NCBI GenBank assembly: GCA_965153285.1
Contig: OZ229114.1
DNA from: Podarcis tiliguerta
Taxonomy: Eukaryota
Length of the DNA stretch: 64,000 bases
Direction: 5' to 3' (one strand)
Every line of letters starts with the position of its first letter. Positions within the stretch are counted from its first letter, which is position 1. The notes under the pieces are model-generated. The model was given only the letters and a program-made list of their open reading frames with translations, searched no databases and was not told the origin of the DNA. Position numbers and translations under genes: made by a program. Below are positions 13,601 to 23,683 of this stretch, piece after piece.

Positions 13601-15112
13601 ATTAAACTTCAGGAGACATTTATTGTATTGTGCTGCTGTTTGTGTTTTAGTCCATTACAGCAAACACATTAAGTGTCCTTTTGTAGCCAGATACATTGTG
13701 GTATAAGCATTTATGGATTAGCTCACTTGAACTGCCATTTTCAGTTGGTAGGTAATACAGTGGTGCCTCAGGTTAAGTACTTAATTCCTTCCGGAGGTCC
13801 GTTCTTAACCTGAAACTGTTCTTAACCTGAAGCACCACTTTAGCTAATGGGGCCTCCTGCTGCCGCCACGCCGCTGGAGCATGATTTGTGTTCTCATCCT
13901 GAAGCAAAGTTCTTAACCCAAGGTACTATTTCTGGGTTAGCGGAGTCTGTAACCTGAAGCGTATGTAACCCAAGGTACCACTGTATAGAAGTGTGTGAGC
14001 ACAGTTGCACACAAACATAACATGTAAGAGAACAATATAAACGCTGGGCAGAGGTCTATGGAATACAAGCATTTTCATGGACTAGAGTCCACTCCATCAA
14101 ATGCTATGGGGAATCTTCATCTGGCAGATAGACACATGCACGCAAGAGACATAATTTCACGCAGTGGGCCTCAAAAGCTACAAAATGAGTAAACTACTAT
14201 TTGTATCTCCTTGTTAATGTGTTTGAACTGTTACATTTCTTTAGTCAGTAGAGGCTAGAAAATAGTACTTTTACTTTTAGTGGCGCAAATGCACGTGCTA
14301 TATAAATTCTGGCTCAGAATTGGGGAGCTGAGCCTGTGACCCTTTCCAGGTTTTGCCTTAGAGGCATTCCTGAGTACAGTCGCAAGCCTCTCAACATACT
14401 CTCATAGTGACAGAGAATGTTGTAAGCTGCCTTGCCCTTAAGAATAAAAATCATCTATTCTCTTTTAACAGCATGCGGTATTTTGACAGGGCAGCCTTGT
14501 TTGTTGAAGCTTGTCTCAACTATGGTACAATTGAAGTCAACGAAGATGCAAATATCCTTTTTATCCAGCGACTGAATACAAGAAGTCTCTTAAATAGGAT
14601 TGCTTTGGGGGTTCTGTACTGTGTAATGTGTGTTTCAACTGAATTACTCATTTTGAGAGAAGAAAAAAATATTCATTGTTGAGGGAAGGGATAACATTTT
14701 CCCCAAAATGATATGGAAGATCCAGGTGATTATAAGCAGAGAGTTAAGTGAAAAATAGCACAAGTAGTATTGGGCATTTTCATGTTCAAGAGCCAAGTAT
14801 TCCTCTCAGATAGTGCTAGCTTATTTAATTTAATTTAAATTAATTTGAATCGCTTTCTAGAGTCATTATGATTCTGTTTTGTGGGGGATGGGACAGAAGA
14901 GGTCTGGTAGCTGGTTGTCTGTTTACTCACTTCACTCTGTGCATTCCTTAACCCACACTTTACAAAAACTCATCCATGCGATATTTGCAGACTATGCCAG
15001 AAGCCTGAAGACTCTGGGGTTTAAACAGGCTGCTACTTTATTTGCCTCAAAAGCAGGACCAGCTGGTAAAGATCTATTGAATGAACTTGAACAGCTGAAA
15101 GAAGAAGAATGA
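1526..15112 (+). CDS. WDR11: WD repeat-containing protein 11, C-terminal 514 aa; spliced, 13 exons in window (probably equivalent to human exons 17-29), 5' part outside window
   Basis: Join 1526-1632,2520-2634,3586-3757,5698-5806,6565-6627,7916-7981,9524-9701,10325-10420,10618-10783,11566-11663,12636-12781,14472-14551,14964-15112 gives 1545 nt, one open frame from GSMGSITCIAWKGD to KDLLNELEQLKEEE*. It is colinear with the human WDR11 C-terminus as I recall it. Eleven GT-AG introns plus one AT-AC intron. Confidence 0.97.
2147..2311. mobile_element. Non-autonomous DNA transposon (hAT-like), same family as 26684-26855
   Basis: Shares ggtgctgctgaaattt...cactg 3' end with 26684-26855 and ~33410-33470; flanked by direct repeat ATGCTTC (2140-2146/2312-2318). 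Confidence 0.6.
2520..2634 (+). CDS. WDR11: WDR11 coding exon (GIPTHRGWVRKIRFAPGKGNQKLIAMYNDGAEVWDTKE)
   Basis: Polypyrimidine tract + cag acceptor, GAG|gtcagt donor, 115 nt, phases match neighbours. Confidence 0.96.
3586..3757 (+). CDS. WDR11: WDR11 coding exon (VQMVNSLRTGRNVNFRVLDVDWCTSDKVILASDDGCIRVLEMTMKSACFRMDEQELT)
   Basis: ttttcag acceptor, G|gtatgg donor, 172 nt; lies within ORF 3568..3822. Confidence 0.97.
4273..4647. mobile_element. Tc1/mariner-superfamily (pogo/Tc2-like) MITE with GC-rich internal duplication
   Basis: TIRs CCGTATTTTTCG / CGAAAAATACGG, TA on both flanks (4271-72, 4648-49); internal ~90-nt unit repeated (about 4394-4482 and 4512-4599). Confidence 0.85.
5698..5806 (+). 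CDS. WDR11: WDR11 coding exon (EPVWCPYLLVPRASLALKAFLLHQPWNNKYSLDISH)
   Basis: Long pyrimidine tract + tag acceptor with an upstream actaac branch-like motif, AT|gtaagt donor, 109 nt. Confidence 0.96.
6565..6627 (+). CDS. WDR11: WDR11 coding exon (NYPENENVKNLLQEQLHSLS)
   Basis: ttgcag acceptor, AA|gtaagc donor, 63 nt, phase 2-2. Confidence 0.95.
7571..7732 (-). mobile_element. tRNA-derived squamate SINE (Squam3-like), 5'-truncated
   Basis: Reverse complement has a B-box (GGTTCAATCC) and ends ...TAAGGCAGCTTCCTGTGTTC; similar copies at 30375-30612 and 43490-43640. Confidence 0.75.
7916..7981 (+). CDS. WDR11: WDR11 coding exon (DIRKLLLDPEFTLLQRCLLVS)
   Basis: tcttttcttag acceptor, AG|gtaaca donor, 66 nt. 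Confidence 0.95.
8729..9230 (-). mobile_element. CR1-type LINE 3' fragment, degraded
   Basis: cataagaag...gatcagacc...catcctgttctcacagtggcc...gggaagtccacaagcagg pattern recurs at 16103-16347; resembles squamate CR1 3' ends. Confidence 0.65.
9247..9452 (+). mobile_element. Old tRNA-derived SINE (MIR/Squam2-like)
   Basis: A-box tggtgtagcggtt, B-box ggtttcaaatccc, ctctcagcctaacctacctc core, AT-rich tail. Confidence 0.65.
9524..9701 (+). CDS. WDR11: WDR11 coding exon (LYGDESELHFWTAAAHYLH...PLDICYDILCENSYFQ)
   Basis: ttttgccag acceptor, CAG|gtattg donor, 178 nt. Confidence 0.96.
10325..10420 (+). CDS. WDR11: WDR11 coding exon (KFQLERVNLQEVKRSNYDHTKKCTDQLLLLGQ)
   Basis: tttgcag acceptor, CAG|gtttgt donor, 96 nt. 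Confidence 0.96.
10618..10783 (+). CDS. WDR11: WDR11 coding exon (TDRAVQLLLETSAENPYYYCDSLKACLVTTVTSSGPSQSTIKLVATNMIANGKLA)
   Basis: tttcctag acceptor, G|gtgaac donor, 166 nt. Confidence 0.97.
11038..11323 (+). mobile_element. BovB (RTE clade) LINE 3' fragment
   Basis: Encodes RT C-terminal remnant YFGHLMKREDSLEK...RGRQGMRWLD...WRVLVHGVTKSR; (AAC)n tail; TSD AATAGAG at 11031-11037 and 11324-11330. Confidence 0.9.
11566..11663 (+). CDS. WDR11: WDR11 coding exon (EGVQLLCLIDKAADACRYLQTYGEWNRAAWLAK)
   Basis: ctttttcag acceptor, AAA|gtaggc donor, 98 nt. Confidence 0.96.
12636..12781 (+). CDS. WDR11: WDR11 coding exon (VRLNPEECADVFKRWVDHLCSPQINQKSKAILVLLSLGCFVRVAEMLH)
   Basis: ttgcag acceptor, AG|gtcaaa donor, 146 nt. 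Confidence 0.96.
13058..13550. mobile_element. Tc1/mariner-superfamily MITE (same TIRs as 4273-4647, different interior)
   Basis: TA-CCGTATTTTTCG...CAAAAAATACGG-TA; subterminal taggacgca motifs. Confidence 0.85.
13758..13983. mobile_element. Tigger/pogo-like MITE (CAGTGGTACCTC family)
   Basis: TA-CAGTGGTGCCTC...GGTACCACTG-TA; near-identical copies at 26450, 50516 and a variant at 59076. Confidence 0.85.
14472..14551 (+). CDS. WDR11: WDR11 penultimate coding exon (MRYFDRAALFVEACLNYGTIEVNEDA)
   Basis: ttttaacag acceptor; ends at U12-type donor A|ATATCCTTT, 80 nt. Confidence 0.95.
14552..14963 (+). other. WDR11: U12-type (minor spliceosome) AT-AC intron, last intron of WDR11, 412 nt
   Basis: 5'SS ATATCCTTT (14552-14560), branch consensus TTCCTTAAC (14944-14952), 3'SS TAC ending 14963; splicing restores the frame EDAKKLIHAIFADY. 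Confidence 0.95.
14964..15112 (+). CDS. WDR11: WDR11 terminal coding exon (KLIHAIFADYARSLKTLGFKQAATLFASKAGPAGKDLLNELEQLKEEE*)
   Basis: Follows AC acceptor; TGA stop at 15110-15112. Confidence 0.96.
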
Positions 15113-16094
15113 CAGCTCTTAAGCGAACCACTAAAAACTGAGATTTCCCATCAGATGTAATCATCAGTGAAGTAACTCTTTTAAAAGACAATGAAGGGGG
15201 CTTCTTTATGATGAAAAATACAGTTTGGTCACAGTAGAAATTGGAAATGCTGAATGTCATGTGTGGGCAGAATTTTCTCCTAATTTGTAGAGATAATGAG
15301 TTAAGGAAAATGTCTGAATTTCTCTTAAACCAAAATTTAAGTGCCCATAAGAGCTTTTAGCTACTTAAGGTAAAGAAATGATTCATCTTCTGGTGTTTTT
15401 GAATGAAAAGTACAGAGCCAGGAGAAGTTCCAACATTTTGCAACCCCCAAGCACCCATGTCACATGATCTGACATTTCCAGCAGAGTCTCTTACAATGAT
15501 GCAGATGATATTGGGATTCAGTCCTGCATTCTAGCATTCTCTGTGGCTTTGTGAAAAGGAACATACATTTCAGTTTGTACACTGCTTCACTCGTTCTGCT
15601 AAATATATCACTGCTCCATGCAACATCTAAGCAGCTTGCTCACTTGATACTGGAGATGACCTGGTATTTCATCTCAAAGTGAGCTTCTTCAAAAAGGGGG
15701 AGACTCTTTCACCCAAAAGCATGGGAGCTATGTAATTCCCAGAGCTTGTCTGACCAGTCTTCCTTACCAGTTGAGGAAAAGCTTGGACAGGGTTCCCTTT
15801 TAAAGCATGATCTCTGTGCATGTCTTCCTTCACCCCCTCCCCAAGCCCATGTGACTAGTAAGCTCTGCTGTGGACTTGTTTGCAGCCACTTGGATGAGAA
15901 AATGTGTAATGGGATCCTGCCTGAGCTTTAGCACCTTGTTGGGATGCTTCCCAAGCATTGTCAGGCGAGCTCTGGAATTTCCCAAGTTCTTGCTGTGAAG
16001 GAGTTTGGAGGCCTTCAGAGCCAGCATTTGATATGCTTCCTGCTTGTGTCAAGGAGTCAGGCAAGAGACATAGATGAAATTTCAAGTGGACTTG

Positions 16095-16100
16095 AATAAA
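16095..16100 (+). promoter_or_regulatory. Candidate WDR11 polyadenylation signal (AATAAA); alternative at 16790-16795
   Basis: First AATAAA hexamer I found downstream of the stop codon; usage cannot be determined from sequence. Confidence 0.3.
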
Positions 16101-16102
16101 AA

Positions 16103-16347
16103 ACATATGAACTCTGCTGGATCAGACCAAAGGCCTACCATCTAGCCCAGCATCCTGTTTTCCATAGTGGTTAACCAGATGGCTATGGGAAGCCCACAAG
16201 CAGGGCATGAGTGCAAAAGTCCATTTAATGCTGGACGTTTATGCAGAAGTCCCCATGCTGCCTCCGATTCTGGAGGTTGTATATGGTTATCATGACTACT
16301 CATCATGATAGCTTTAACCTCCTTTTGTCCAATCCCCCTTTAAAGCT
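16103..16347 (-). mobile_element. CR1-type LINE 3' fragment
   Basis: Similar to 8729-9000 (ggatcagaccaaagg...catcctgtttt...gggaagcccacaagcagg). Confidence 0.6.
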
Positions 16348-19300
16348 GCTCATTTCCCAAACAAAACTAAAAATGAGAGTATGCTCTCATGTACATTTTG
16401 CTGAGCTCTCTCGGCTATTTTAAATGCACCTATAACCCTAACCGATTTTAAATGAAACCAAGGTTAAACTTCTGCCAGTTGCGTAATATTGTTTTCTGTT
16501 TGGAACTGGGACAGGGGTCCTTTTTCAGAGCCACATTTCCCTGTGGGGGCAGCCTTGTGGGGCCTGCATGCCAGTGGTTGGTGGGGCCCAAGGCCATAGT
16601 AGGTGGAGCAACGGATAAAACTCGCACCTTCTGTAGTGCAGTCTACATTGCAGCCGTGTGAAAGCCCCACTCCAGCTCTTCTGTCTTTGATCCTACATTT
16701 AGGCAAGCAAGAAACATTATCAAAGTTCAAGGGCTCTTTTTTCGTAGCTTTTTGTGTTTTTTTACAGTCAAACTGTATAAATTTTATGAAATAAATTCCC
16801 ACTAGACAAAACCACTCAAGGTAGCAGGCCAGTGGGGGCCTTGGCCTAAGGAAAGCTCTGAGGGCTAGAGAGGTTTAGAGGGACACATTCGACCTATAGC
16901 TTGAAGGTTCTCTCTCCCTGGTTTAGGAAGACAAGCACAGTTCTATTATTCTAATTCTTTATTTCTCCTTTTGTATTTTGGGCATTATGTGTGTGTTTAA
17001 TTGCACGCTCAAATACATTCTGATCACGGCCTGGTCTCTTTGTGTCGAGGCTGCCATCCCATTCTGTATACATTAAAGCTTTATTAATGAAAAATAATGT
17101 ATCTTTTAAATATTTTATGCAGCGTTTCTCCTCCAGAAAATCAGCATGGGTTTTCATCATCACTGTGGCATAATATGTATGGCTTCCTGAATCACTTTGG
17201 TTCCACGGAGGTATCTATGGGTTCTGTTTTTTTAAGTATGCATCTTCAACGGAAGGGAGCGCACAAAACTTTCCTCCTTTTTGGCTGATGATCTAATCTA
17301 ATGGGTATACTGTGCAAAAAATGTATAGCTGCAGTACAGTACCAAATTCCACAATGCACTCACTCATTCTTAGAGCAGAAAAAGATGTTATCGCTTTGGG
17401 ACAGCTTCTCCCTACATCATTCTTGATCATAGGAGATAGTAGTAAATCATTCAGTGAGAGCAAATGTATATTTCACAAGCAAGCACCCTAAGGGTGGGGA
17501 TGGAGAGTCAGAAATGAGCAAACACATGAAGACTTCATAAAACTTAGGAGGAACATTTCCTACCTACATGGGCTTCATAATAATAAAATATTAATGCAGA
17601 GTACAAGAAAACAGGGGAAACATACACATTTGGTATTTGGTCATTTAAACTTGCCCATATTGTTTTGTTCATTGTGTTTATTATAAGAGTGTATTATCAG
17701 GACCTATTTGCATTCCATGATTTTATAATTTCACTTATGATTTGCACTTAGAAATGGGTTCTAGGTCCTCAAACACAACTTTGTTTGCCAGTTTAAATAA
17801 ATCAGCAACACACAGCAACCACACAGACGGCTGCATTGCCTTTAACAGCTAATGTCACTTTGGCACAGCGAAGGGCGAAATGAAATATCTTATCAAAGGA
17901 AGAACAACAAAATAACCCCTTTTCAAGTTCTTGTGAGAGAAATGCTCATGTTGGTTGGATTTCCAACTTCTCTGGGAACTGGATAATTGGTTTCTGGCAA
18001 TATGTAATGTGCACTGAACTGTGGATTCATTTAACTGTGTTTTGAATGTCTCCTTTGGCTCCTTTTCATACAGATTGCTTCATAGGATCAGTGCAGTAGA
18101 GGATCTTTTGATGCCTCCTCTTTCATCTGGTTGTGATTTCAAAATCGTTAGAATTTTAGATTGAGAATAGTCTTACTCAGATTCTCAGACTTCTTGAAAC
18201 ACAGGGAGTCTTTGCAGTGGTTGAAAGGCTATTGTGGTTAACAAGACTATTTGAGTGGCCTGCCTTCTGTGCTAGTGCTAAACAGTAGTGGTAGCCACTT
18301 GAAGACATCCTAAAACAGTACCATAACTAAGTAGAGATCTGTTCAAAACCCATTTATGATGTCTGGGAGCATTTCTATCTGCAGAATGGTCATAAGCTGG
18401 AGAAATGTATGAAGGTGCTTGCTTACAAATGTTTTCAACCTGCAAGACCTTTCCCGTTCATTTATCTGGCAGGAATTGTAAAAGTCTGGGTGGAGGGATA
18501 TCACAAATTTCAATTGAAGCATCAGATCTGTGGGCATATCTTTCTACATGCATGAAAATGCTGCTTCCATTGAAATTAACAGGGCAGCTCACAGGAGAAA
18601 TACCTCTATCAGAAAAACACAGATCTAGGATGTGATGACTGTATGATCGTATCTTTATTTCTTTGGTTCACAGTGGCATTTCCCCCCACATCTATTTTTT
18701 GTATAGCAGGCCAAGTTATCTCTTAGAAATACTGGCTGGGGCAAAACATCATTATATGTGATTTGCGCTCATGAAAGCTGGTCAATTCAAAACAGTGCTT
18801 GTTGAGTGAATAATGTTCAGAAAACTGATTACCCTGGTTTTGATAATTTGCTCATTTGTTAGTGGTTTGTCAGTATTCAAAATTTTTGTAGTCTAGTTTT
18901 TCCATATATCTTCTAGTCTCTTAAATTTCCTTTCCCTTTCTTTTCTCCTCCTTATGAAAGACATGTCTCTGTTTTTAGGAAGCCTGTAAGAAACCCTTTT
19001 TAATTCAATTGACACACAATTACTTAAAGTTGCTCAGTAGTCTCCAAATTTGTGGACGTATTATTTTAATCTAAACCAAGAGAACATTGCCAGCGGCAAA
19101 CCTATTCACAGTGGAATTTGTTATGTGGCATTTATAATAAGCAAAATTGATGCCATTGCTTATATACATGGAAAACTGTAAATTATAATGTCTTGAAGTG
19201 TTCTCAATACATTTTCCTCAACACATTTCACTTGTCATAATATGCATTCCTTTTAGACAATACAGGAAGTGTGCAACTCCTACCAACTCACTTTTGAAAC

Positions 19301-19762
19301 ACCTTGCGGGTCTTTGTGTGGGGTTTTTTAAGTGTGCTACTGTCACATCACTGCATTCAGTGTCCCCTTGCAAGCTGTAGACAATGACTTGAAGTAGGAG
19401 ACAGGAAGGAAGTGCTAAACATGATACTGCATTGAAAGTCAACACAGCAATGTCCTGGTCCATTGGTAAAAAGAAAATATGTAATAACTTGGCCTTGGGG
19501 AAATTCACAACAGAACTGGCTTGAGGCTTTAACTTTTAGGCTAAGCCACATAACATACTGTCAGCCATGCTCTTGGTAGACTCCATCATTAAGACATGTA
19601 TAGCGGCAGCAGTCTTTTTGTAAAAACAAGGCTGTGCATTTGTCACTCTAGAATTTCACATAGTGATAGTTAACATTTTTTAAATCAGTACCATCATGTT
19701 TGGAAATTGTTGACGTTGAGAGGAGCCTTCTTACACTGGGTTTATGTGCTTCACAGCATGAT

Positions 19763-19845
19763 CTGGTGCATGTTTACTCAGATGTAAGCCCCACTGTGTT
19801 CAGCTGGGTCTACTCCCAACTAAATATGCACAGCATTACAGCCTT
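19763..19845. mobile_element. ~90-bp palindromic MITE; related copies about 6801-6883, 13561-13635, 63260-63350
   Basis: Shared tactcaga.gtaagcccca...tactccca core with dyad symmetry. Confidence 0.55.
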
Positions 19846-21155
19846 AAAGTTTGTATATTTTGCACAATATGAAGTGCCCCGTCGATTCCTTGTACAAAGA
19901 TGGGGGGGAAATCATTGTAAAATGCTTTTTGTTGTTGTTAAGTCATGGAAAAGTTACTAAAATTTAGTTTCAAAAACAGTTAAGTGTGTTGTGATGTAAT
20001 CATAGAAATTGTAGATGTACCCTGATATTGTACAGAGGTACTTAGTGAATGTGTCATTCACGTAACTGTGGCATAAGCTTTTGTGTGTTATATCTGTTTT
20101 CGTCTATCTGTAAGCCATTGGCTGAGTTGCTGTGGTATCACAGATGCAAGAAACTGTCAACACAGTGTTGACAAGCAATGTTCTTCCTCAAAGAAAGAGA
20201 TCAGTTTGGGAGAAAGCATGCAGAGGCTAGGGACAGGAGCAAGTAGGGAAGCTTTAGAACTGGAAAGTGTACAAACTACTTAAAACAAAAGAATCAATTG
20301 GAAATTTTCTCCGTTCTACAATGGCTACATTGAACTCTCCTGCTGCCCCTAGTGGTGTGTAAAAGGTATAGCAGGTGTGGAAAATCATTATTAACAATTC
20401 AGTTGCCTGGCCACTGGTAATCTATTCACCCACATGGAGCACATGAAAATGAGCTTTCGTGTACTAAATGCTTTTACACTTTCCTTTATGCCCAAACATA
20501 TGCTGCCAGCATGTAATAGCTCCCTTTTCTTCAAAATAAGTGGATAAAATTCATAACTGCAAGAGAGAGGGTTGTGTTGCTATGAAGTGTAAATAGAGAT
20601 TCCTCTGAAGGCAGGCTGGTGACAGGTTAAGTCATTCTTTTCTATTTCAGTTCGGCTTCACCTTTGACAATGATCTATTGGTTCTGACAAGCTGCCATAA
20701 GATTACTCTTCCTCACTGCAGATCTTGGTGGGAGCAAGGTATGGGAGGAAATATGTATCCAGATGAGGCTCAAATGTGATCAGAAATATGAATGCTGCTT
20801 ACAGTGGAGAGTACTGACCTTTCTCAGTTCTTACATACTGCAGAGCTGTCTTGAGTAACCCATGATGTGTTGTGCTACAGTTAGACTGAATGAAATGGAA
20901 CGGCTAGATACTAAATTGAAAAAATTAATACTTGCAAGGCTCAACTGACAGCAATAAAGAACCAGGCCTTTAGCATCAGCAGCAGTCCTATGGAATGCTC
21001 TACCAAGAGATTCAGCAGTTGCCTTCTATTTCAACTGTAAACACATGCTGAAAATGTCTGTGCCAGGCGTATGCAGGCAATAGTTAATGGTCTCTAATTT
21101 TAATTTTTTACTTTAAAAAATACTTAGAGACTATAAATTTTGATTTTTATGATAT

Positions 21156-21329
21156 TTGTTGTTGTTGTTGTTTAGTCGTGTCCGACTCTTCGTGACCCCA
21201 TGGACCAGAGCACGCCAGGCACTCCTGTCTTCCACTGCCTCCCGCAGTTTGGTCAAACTCATGTTGGTAGCTTTGAGAACACTGTTCAACCATCTTGTCC
21301 TCTGTCGTCCCCTTCTCCTTGTGCCCTCC
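21156..21329 (-). mobile_element. BovB (RTE clade) LINE 3' fragment
   Basis: Reverse strand encodes EGTRRRGRQRTRWL...LREAVEDRSAWRALVHGVTKSRTRL with an (AAC)n tail; homologous to 11160-11323. Confidence 0.9.
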
Positions 21330-23341
21330 ATATAGCAACATATTAATATTTCTCTTAATGTAGAAATGTTGGGAACAGCAAAATGTATAGCATGTTACTG
21401 AACTTAATGGGACCTGGTGACAGCACTCACTTAAACCTTACAAATGAAACTCTGGTTCCCATTGTATTGAGATAATGAGAGCTGTAGGAATACTTGCATT
21501 CGGTACCCTTAGTAGCAATGATAAATGTCAGCTTTCATTTTAGAGGCCTCAGAGTGCATGGTGGAGAAGTGTAAGTCGTCCCCCCAAAATTGGATTAATA
21601 TGTAGCTGAAAGAAAAAGTTCCTAAAAGATGGGGGGGCATTACACTCTTTCACTGTGGCAGAGGTGAGTCTCAGGAGACCTTTTCTGACAGAGCTGTTAG
21701 ACAGTGGAACAGACTTCCTCAGGAGGTGGAGAACTTAACTTATTAAAATAACAACCAGTTTTAAGTTGTTGTCTGGAACAAAAAAAGCAAGAGTGACTCA
21801 ACTTTGGTTGATGAAATCTGAGCACTAGTGATGCGGAAAGAGCTGTTCTGGAAGAGCCGCCCCTCATGTTTCCTCTGAATTATTTCCTGCTACCAGCTTG
21901 TCTTCCATTCAGACCTCTCATTATCTCATTATAGTCAAATTAATTGCAATGGGTGTTCTTAAACGTTGTTGTTCCTACTTTGCAAAACCACAAGCATCCT
22001 TCTTAAGGAACAATCTAAGCCGTTCATGACAACATCCAGCAGGCATTTCATCAGCAGGGCTCATTTTATCCTTTGTTTTATTCTTTTCTTTTTTCTTTTT
22101 TACAGAGCCTTCCAGACTCGGAGGAAGTAATTTGCCAGATTATTGTTCTTTTGCTCTTGTTTTCATGGCTTTGCCCCCCGCCCACCTTTCCTCTCAGGTA
22201 CTTCTTATCCCAAACATGAGACACGGGCACTAAACAAACTTGCTCTTGTTTGACTCACTTAGACTGGGTTCCCTGACCTGGAACTTGGCCAAGGCAGACT
22301 ACATAATGTAAAGATATGAACCCGCAAGGCATAAAACCCAGGAAGTGAGCTACAAAGGCTTCCAAAAATATGGTGGGTATACTTTACTAATTTGACCTGC
22401 CTCCCATTCTTCTCTCACACATCTTATGCTGTACAGCAGTCAATGCCCAAAGCCCCAGGCCAATTTATGCTGCGATCCACACCCAGAGCTGCTGCTCAAG
22501 GCAAGAACGTGTAAACTAACAGAGCTGTGTCCCCATTCAAACAAATGGGAAAGCTTTTCTCATGAGGTAGCTTAAGCATGTGCATCATCAGGGACCCTGT
22601 GCCCATCAGGAATCCTTTGACTATGTGATTTCTGGTTTAGAGCTATCCTTTTTATTTTCGTTCGTTTCCTTCTAAGACCAAGTTGAGCCCCACAAAATGC
22701 CCATTTTCAATTGCTTTTCTCCTGCACTTGGCAGAACCGTTCAAATGCACACCTCTTCTCCTCCTCTCCACCCTCAGTACGGCAGCAATTGAGATGCTGC
22801 CTTTTCCAGTTAAGGAATCAATCCATAAATTATTCCTGTGTCCAGATAGCTTGACACACGTGTCACTCACTTCACTGGAATGCATTGTTCTGAGGCTGGA
22901 ATTGTACGCTTGATATGCTTGCTTCAGTTCCATAGAAGACTTTTGCTAAACAATAACTCTCCATGTGCAAGATTTAGAAATACCATGAAACCACATTTTT
23001 TCCTGCATAGCTAATAGTCTGAATTCTTATTTGTACATCACAGCCCTGAAAGGGCTGCACAAGTAGAAAGGGTGGTGACTTGTGCTGGCTTCCCCTTGTT
23101 TAGGGGTAACTTAGTCAGCACCAAGTATCCCCCAAGCTGTGTACCTGATCCTTCAGAGGGAGTGTAAATCCCATGAAGAGCAGGCAACCTCCAATCCATC
23201 TGGTCTAGGGAACCACCCACTAACAATGCTTAAGTCTTATCTAGATTGAGCTTCATTATATTGAATGTCATCCAGTCCATTACTGAGGCAAAACAATGAT
23301 CCAGCTCTTTCACTTCCTGGGATAGAAGTTAAAACTTTTCT

Positions 23342-23683
23342 CTCTAAATGGCCTTGGTCCAGTATACAGTACCCGAAGGAGCATCTCCACCCCCACCGTT
23401 CAGCCCGGACACTGAGGTCCAGCTCCGAGGATCTGCTGGCAGTCCCCTCACTGCAAGAAGTAAGGTAACAGGGAACCAGGCAGAGGGCCTTCTCGGTAGT
23501 GGCACCCCCCCCCCGAACGCCCTCCCACCAGATGTCAAGGAAATAAACAACTATCTGACTTTTAGAAGATACCTGAAGGCAGCTCTGTTTAGGGAAGTTT
23601 ATATTCTGTTGGGAGCTGCCCAGAGTGGCTGGGGAAACCCAGCCAGATGGGTGGGGTATAAATAATAAATTATTATTATTATT
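23342..23683 (+). mobile_element. L2-clade LINE 3' fragment
   Basis: Frameshifted remnant RTLRSS...RAFSVVAP...NALPPDVKE...FRRYLKAALF typical of the L2 RT C-terminus; tail cagccagatgggtggggtataaataataaa(tta)n. Confidence 0.8.
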
